DNA of 64,000 bases, taken from assembly GCA_038244685.1 (NCBI GenBank), contig JBBRTD010000001.1:166392-230391 (forward strand), written 5' to 3'. Below are positions 60,461 to 64,000 of the stretch, one piece after another (the stretch's first letter is position 1; the number at the start of each line of letters is the position of its first letter). The translations under genes and the position numbers were made by a program. The notes under the pieces are model-generated. The model was not told the DNA's origin, searched no databases, and saw only the letters and a program-made list of their open reading frames with translations. Source of the DNA: Minisyncoccia bacterium. Its GTDB lineage: Bacteria; Patescibacteriota; Minisyncoccia; Phycocordibacterales; UBA9973.

Positions 60461-61919
60461 GTTCTATATAAGTTGTATTCATCTTATCTACTGGAATCGT
60501 TACAGAGTCTGAGATAGAAGCTCCGTAGAATCCTAGACATGAAATAGTATATTTTGTATCTCTCTTTAGGGCTGGAGTTACATAAGGACTATTTTCATTT
60601 CCTCCACAACTGCCGCTTACTCCTGCTTTATCAGAATATTCACAAGAACAAGAATCAACATTTTCGGAAGTCCAAATTACTTTTGCTTTTCCGTTATAAG
60701 TAATTTTTTGACCAGTAGGAAGTGGTTTGTCTTTCCAAGTAAATGAAACATTCAAAGCTGGACATAGATTATTTGTATAGTCTCTACTTGTTGCCATACC
60801 ATCAGCATCAGGCGCACAAGGAGCACCTCCATTTAAAGGTTCAATACAAGATCTTGTTTGAGTACCACTACCTGGACAAGTACTTGATCGAGATGTCCAT
60901 GCCGTCCAAGCACCATCTACTTTTGGACCTGCAGGTGGAGTAGCAATACAAACTGAACCATTCCAAGTACAATTATTTAACTGTGCATCAACATATTTAC
61001 TTGCTAATTCTTTTCCAGTGTTATAAAGGAATAATGTCGTTGATTCACCATAAGATAGAGTTAAAGATTTATTTCCAACATCCCCTGTGGCGAGAGTCTT
61101 ACCACCAGTACTTTCGGTTACAGCAGAAGCTCCAACTGTTTCTGGATTAGTAACCTTCCAAGAATAAGGAACAGCACATGAACTTTCGCCAATACTTATA
61201 AGACAACTAGTTGCATCCAAATTACCAGACATCGGACCGGCAGGATATTTACAATTATCACTTACATAAGTTGAATTTGAATTAGTAACCGGTGTTTCAA
61301 AAATACATCCAGGAAAATCACTTTTTGTTTGCTTTCTTATTACTGAACCAGAGATAGCAGCATCACCATTCCCGTTTAAGTCACAAGCAACAGTAACGTT
61401 CTTAGTTAGAGGAGCAGGGCAAACTGTTCCGCAGGCTTTGGTATCATTATCTGCTGCGGGACAAGCAATTCCACCATTTGATGCTGGAGTAGTTATATTG
61501 TAAGTTTCAGTTCCGTTTACACAAGAACTCCAACTACCAACACAATTTGTTCCACAGGTACGAGTCGCATTATCGGCAAAAGAACATACCGCCCCGCCTC
61601 CTGATGCAGGCGAAGTAATATTATAAGTCTGAGTTCCGTTTGAACATGAACTCCAACTACCAACACAGCTTGTTCCACAATTTTGAGTTGCTCCATTAAC
61701 TGCCGAGCAGACAGCGCCACCGTTTTCGGCTGGAGTGGTAATGTTGTAAGTTTGAGAACCATTAATACAAGTGCTGTAACTTCCCGAACAATCAACAACC
61801 CCAGCTCCTGCTCCTACGACTTGGACAGTTGCGGTTCCAGAAATAGAAGCCGCATTGGCAGAAATAAATCCTAATATAAAAAATGAGAAAACGAATAAAA
61901 TAATTTTTGAAATTTTCAT
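60456..61919 (-). CDS. Secreted Cys-rich protein C with tandem TSP1-like repeats
   Basis: Three C.GS(W/Y)S.C.NG.(Q/E)TYNIT.PA..GG..C repeats plus DGAWTAW..TQTRSC. Ends MNTTYIEQ. Confidence 0.85.
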   Translation of the reverse strand: MKISKIILFVFSFFILGFISANAASISGTATVQVVGAGAGVVDCSGSYSTCINGSQTYNITTPAENGGAVCSAVNGATQNCGTSCVGSWSSCSNGTQTYNITSPASGGGAVCSFADNATRTCGTNCVGSWSSCVNGTETYNITTPASNGGIACPAADNDTKACGTVCPAPLTKNVTVACDLNGNGDAAISGSVIRKQTKSDFPGCIFETPVTNSNSTYVSDNCKYPAGPMSGNLDATSCLISIGESSCAVPYSWKVTNPETVGASAVTESTGGKTLATGDVGNKSLTLSYGESTTLFLYNTGKELASKYVDAQLNNCTWNGSVCIATPPAGPKVDGAWTAWTSRSSTCPGSGTQTRSCIEPLNGGAPCAPDADGMATSRDYTNNLCPALNVSFTWKDKPLPTGQKITYNGKAKVIWTSENVDSCSCEYSDKAGVSGSCGGNENSPYVTPALKRDTKYTISCLGFYGASISDSVTIPVDKMNTTYIEQ

Positions 61920-62125
61920 TGCGTTCATAAAATTGCTTGATAATTGATAAATAATAAATAGAAACTATTGTTTTTATTATACCAATAAATGAATAGCATT
62001 AGCAAATAAATTTATGTCTATTTAATGACAATCTAAGTGTTATTAAATAATTATAAAAGTACCCCAATATACAAAAAACCCTTTTCTTGAAAAAGAAAAG
62101 GGTTTTCGTATATTTATACATACAC

Positions 62126-62782
62126 CTATATTGGTGTGTAGGTTTCCTCGAATAAGTTTGTATTAGTAGCCACAGATGATATCAATACTAAATGATTAGC
62201 ATCAACGGTAACTAATTCCCAAGTAGAACTTCCTATTTTTATAATCTTATTAGACCAGGTCCATTTATATGAAGCAGTATATACTCCATCTAAAAAGAAA
62301 TCTTGAGTCCAATCGTCTTTAAAAAAAAGTGATTCTTTGGCTCCATCAAAAGTCATGTCTCTGATGAATTCTCTTTTGGAATTTAACAAACGATATTTTC
62401 CATTACCCCACTTAAAGTGAGTAAGAATCCCGAATTGGGAAGTAGTCCAGTTGCCCACGTGAGTGGTAACTGTTTTATTAGCACTAACACTTCCGTTAAT
62501 AGCGTTAATCGTAACCGTTGTCTCCCTTATTAAAGTTGGAAGGGCAACATTGATTACATCTGCTTTTTCGTTGTTGATTAAAAGTGAAGTAAAGTCCTTC
62601 ACAGTTCCTACAATATTAATAGTGTCCCCAAATACTACTGTTGTATCTGAAAAATTAGTTAATATTGTTGGAGTTTTAGCTACAACAACTGGAGGATTTA
62701 TTGGCTCAAGACCCCCCGATCCTGTCGAACAACTAATTAATAAGCTGCTCAAAATAACAACCATCAAAATTCTGCTCATCAT
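62126..62782 (-). CDS. Hypothetical lipoprotein
   Basis: LLISC lipobox and beta-rich C-terminal domain. Confidence 0.72.
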   Translation of the reverse strand: MMSRILMVVILSSLLISCSTGSGGLEPINPPVVVAKTPTILTNFSDTTVVFGDTINIVGTVKDFTSLLINNEKADVINVALPTLIRETTVTINAINGSVSANKTVTTHVGNWTTSQFGILTHFKWGNGKYRLLNSKREFIRDMTFDGAKESLFFKDDWTQDFFLDGVYTASYKWTWSNKIIKIGSSTWELVTVDANHLVLISSVATNTNLFEETYTPI

Positions 62783-62859
62783 ATGTTAAGGTATTTGTTT
62801 CTTCCTTTAAATAATGATATATAAATGGGAATTAGTCAAATTTTAACAGTGGATAACTT

Positions 62860-62917
62860 TTTAAGTATATACAAAATAAAACCCTATATTTAGGGTTTTA
62901 TTTTGTATATACTTAAA
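62860..62917. terminator. 27-bp-arm perfect hairpin
   Basis: TTTAAGTATATACAAAATAAAACCCTA-tatt-TAGGGTTTTATTTTGTATATACTTAAA. Confidence 0.85.
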
Positions 62918-62932
62918 TTTATTTAAGAGATA

Positions 62933-64000
62933 TTAATTTGAAATTGTACGGCAAACACTTCCTCCAGTTCTAGAAGTTCCAGAGATGAAACCGATACCTG
63001 AGAATGGAGTAGTCGAAGAATCAACAACTCTATAGTCATATGTACCATTATCAAGGGCTCCAGCTAATACTTCACCGGTACTATATGTTCCACTTGGGAA
63101 AGGGCCAGTTTGGAATACATTTGGACCAGTACAATGCTGTAATTTATAGTAATAACTACCCTTATTAGTAGTTACTGAATTTGTATCATCAGTACAAACT
63201 ACTTCAAATTTCTCATCACAAGTTTGTTTTGTAGGACAAGTCAAAGCTCCGGTTGCTGCCTTGCCTACTGGATAACCATAATGAGTGCCATTAGGGTCAC
63301 CCTTCACATAACAATAGGCCTTACTTTCATCTAGACCCCAAGCACGCCACACTAAATTAGTTCCCTCTTTGTCATTTACTGTTGAGTTTTCAACTGTCAC
63401 ATCAATGCCTGGGGCTACATATGGCTTTTTGTAGAAACAAGATTTGAGTACATTTGGAACAGGGTCACCACCGAAGGTACTTGTGTCACATTTAATACTA
63501 TCTGTTGCATCTTTAAAGATACATAATCCTCCTAATGTACCAAAGGCGACACTAGTAGTACCAGAAACGGTACAGTCTCCTCCTTCATCACTACATTTAG
63601 AAAATCCTGTAAGGTCACAACCAACAATGTAAGGAACATTTGTTTCGAAATATACAACAGGAGTTGTATCCATGAAAGGGTTTGCAAGACCTTGAGCTAA
63701 GAAATTTGGATTAAAGAAATAACCTTCATGTTTATAATAAGCCTTTATATTCATACTATAATTACCAGGAACACTCGGAGCTTGGAATGGGGGAGTAAAG
63801 ATCCCTGCACCATAGATTGCATATCCTCCAGTGACGTTCTCATTGATAATAGTGTAGTGATTGGGTTGACCACTAATCTGACCTTCCATAATAATATTTA
63901 TGGTTGAATTTCCACATGTTGGAAATTCAACACCAGCTAATATTGTGACAGGCTCACCAGGGGCATAAACTTTTTTACTAAAATTTAAAATAAAAACTAA
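62933..64000 (-). CDS. Modular surface protein D (5' truncated by window)
   Basis: Frame open to the window end (..FSKKVYAPGEPVTI..). Cys module CSDEGGDC..FGGDPVPNVLKSC. C-terminal module shared with the 57909 gene. Confidence 0.82.
   Translation of the reverse strand, partial: LVFILNFSKKVYAPGEPVTILAGVEFPTCGNSTINIIMEGQISGQPNHYTIINENVTGGYAIYGAGIFTPPFQAPSVPGNYSMNIKAYYKHEGYFFNPNFLAQGLANPFMDTTPVVYFETNVPYIVGCDLTGFSKCSDEGGDCTVSGTTSVAFGTLGGLCIFKDATDSIKCDTSTFGGDPVPNVLKSCFYKKPYVAPGIDVTVENSTVNDKEGTNLVWRAWGLDESKAYCYVKGDPNGTHYGYPVGKAATGALTCPTKQTCDEKFEVVCTDDTNSVTTNKGSYYYKLQHCTGPNVFQTGPFPSGTYSTGEVLAGALDNGTYDYRVVDSSTTPFSGIGFISGTSRTGGSVCRTISN

Noticed and set aside
49971-63160. Diversity-generating retroelement (TR/VR) behind the repeats
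   Set aside because: No reverse transcriptase in the window. In the pair I compared, differences are largely synonymous and not adenine-specific, and both copies are coding.
1-64000. CRISPR array or cas genes
   Set aside because: No regularly spaced short direct repeats with unique spacers, and no Cas motifs seen.
1-64000. Genetic code 25 or 4
   Set aside because: Conserved genes are full length under code 11. The only internal stop found is a TAA.

Overview
AT-rich bacterial chromosomal segment, genetic code 11. It most likely comes from a Patescibacteria/CPR (Parcubacteria-like) genome: no rpmD in the spc cluster, archaeal-type PyrH, a solitary VirD4/TraG-like ATPase, few Shine-Dalgarno motifs, and tRNA-Ile(UAU). 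In order it carries: the recG 3' end; a large orphan protein; a LysM lipoprotein; tRNA-Ile(UAU); ftsH; smpB-ssrA; an accessory region next to tmRNA (Dcm methyltransferase, GHKL ATPase with a HEPN-like tail, a promoter-driven structured RNA and a 51-aa ORF); a CsoR copper operon facing a ferric-reductase/tandem cytochrome b5 pair; housekeeping genes; a tuf-S10-spc cluster split by inserted genes and fitted with internal promoters; and about 14 kb of modular secreted proteins with thrombospondin-1-like repeats. The best novelty candidates are the tmRNA-adjacent Dcm/GHKL-HEPN/ncRNA locus, a palindromic element family that also sits in-frame inside a housekeeping gene, and the shuffled surface-protein array. 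All calls come from reading motifs by eye; no database searches were run.
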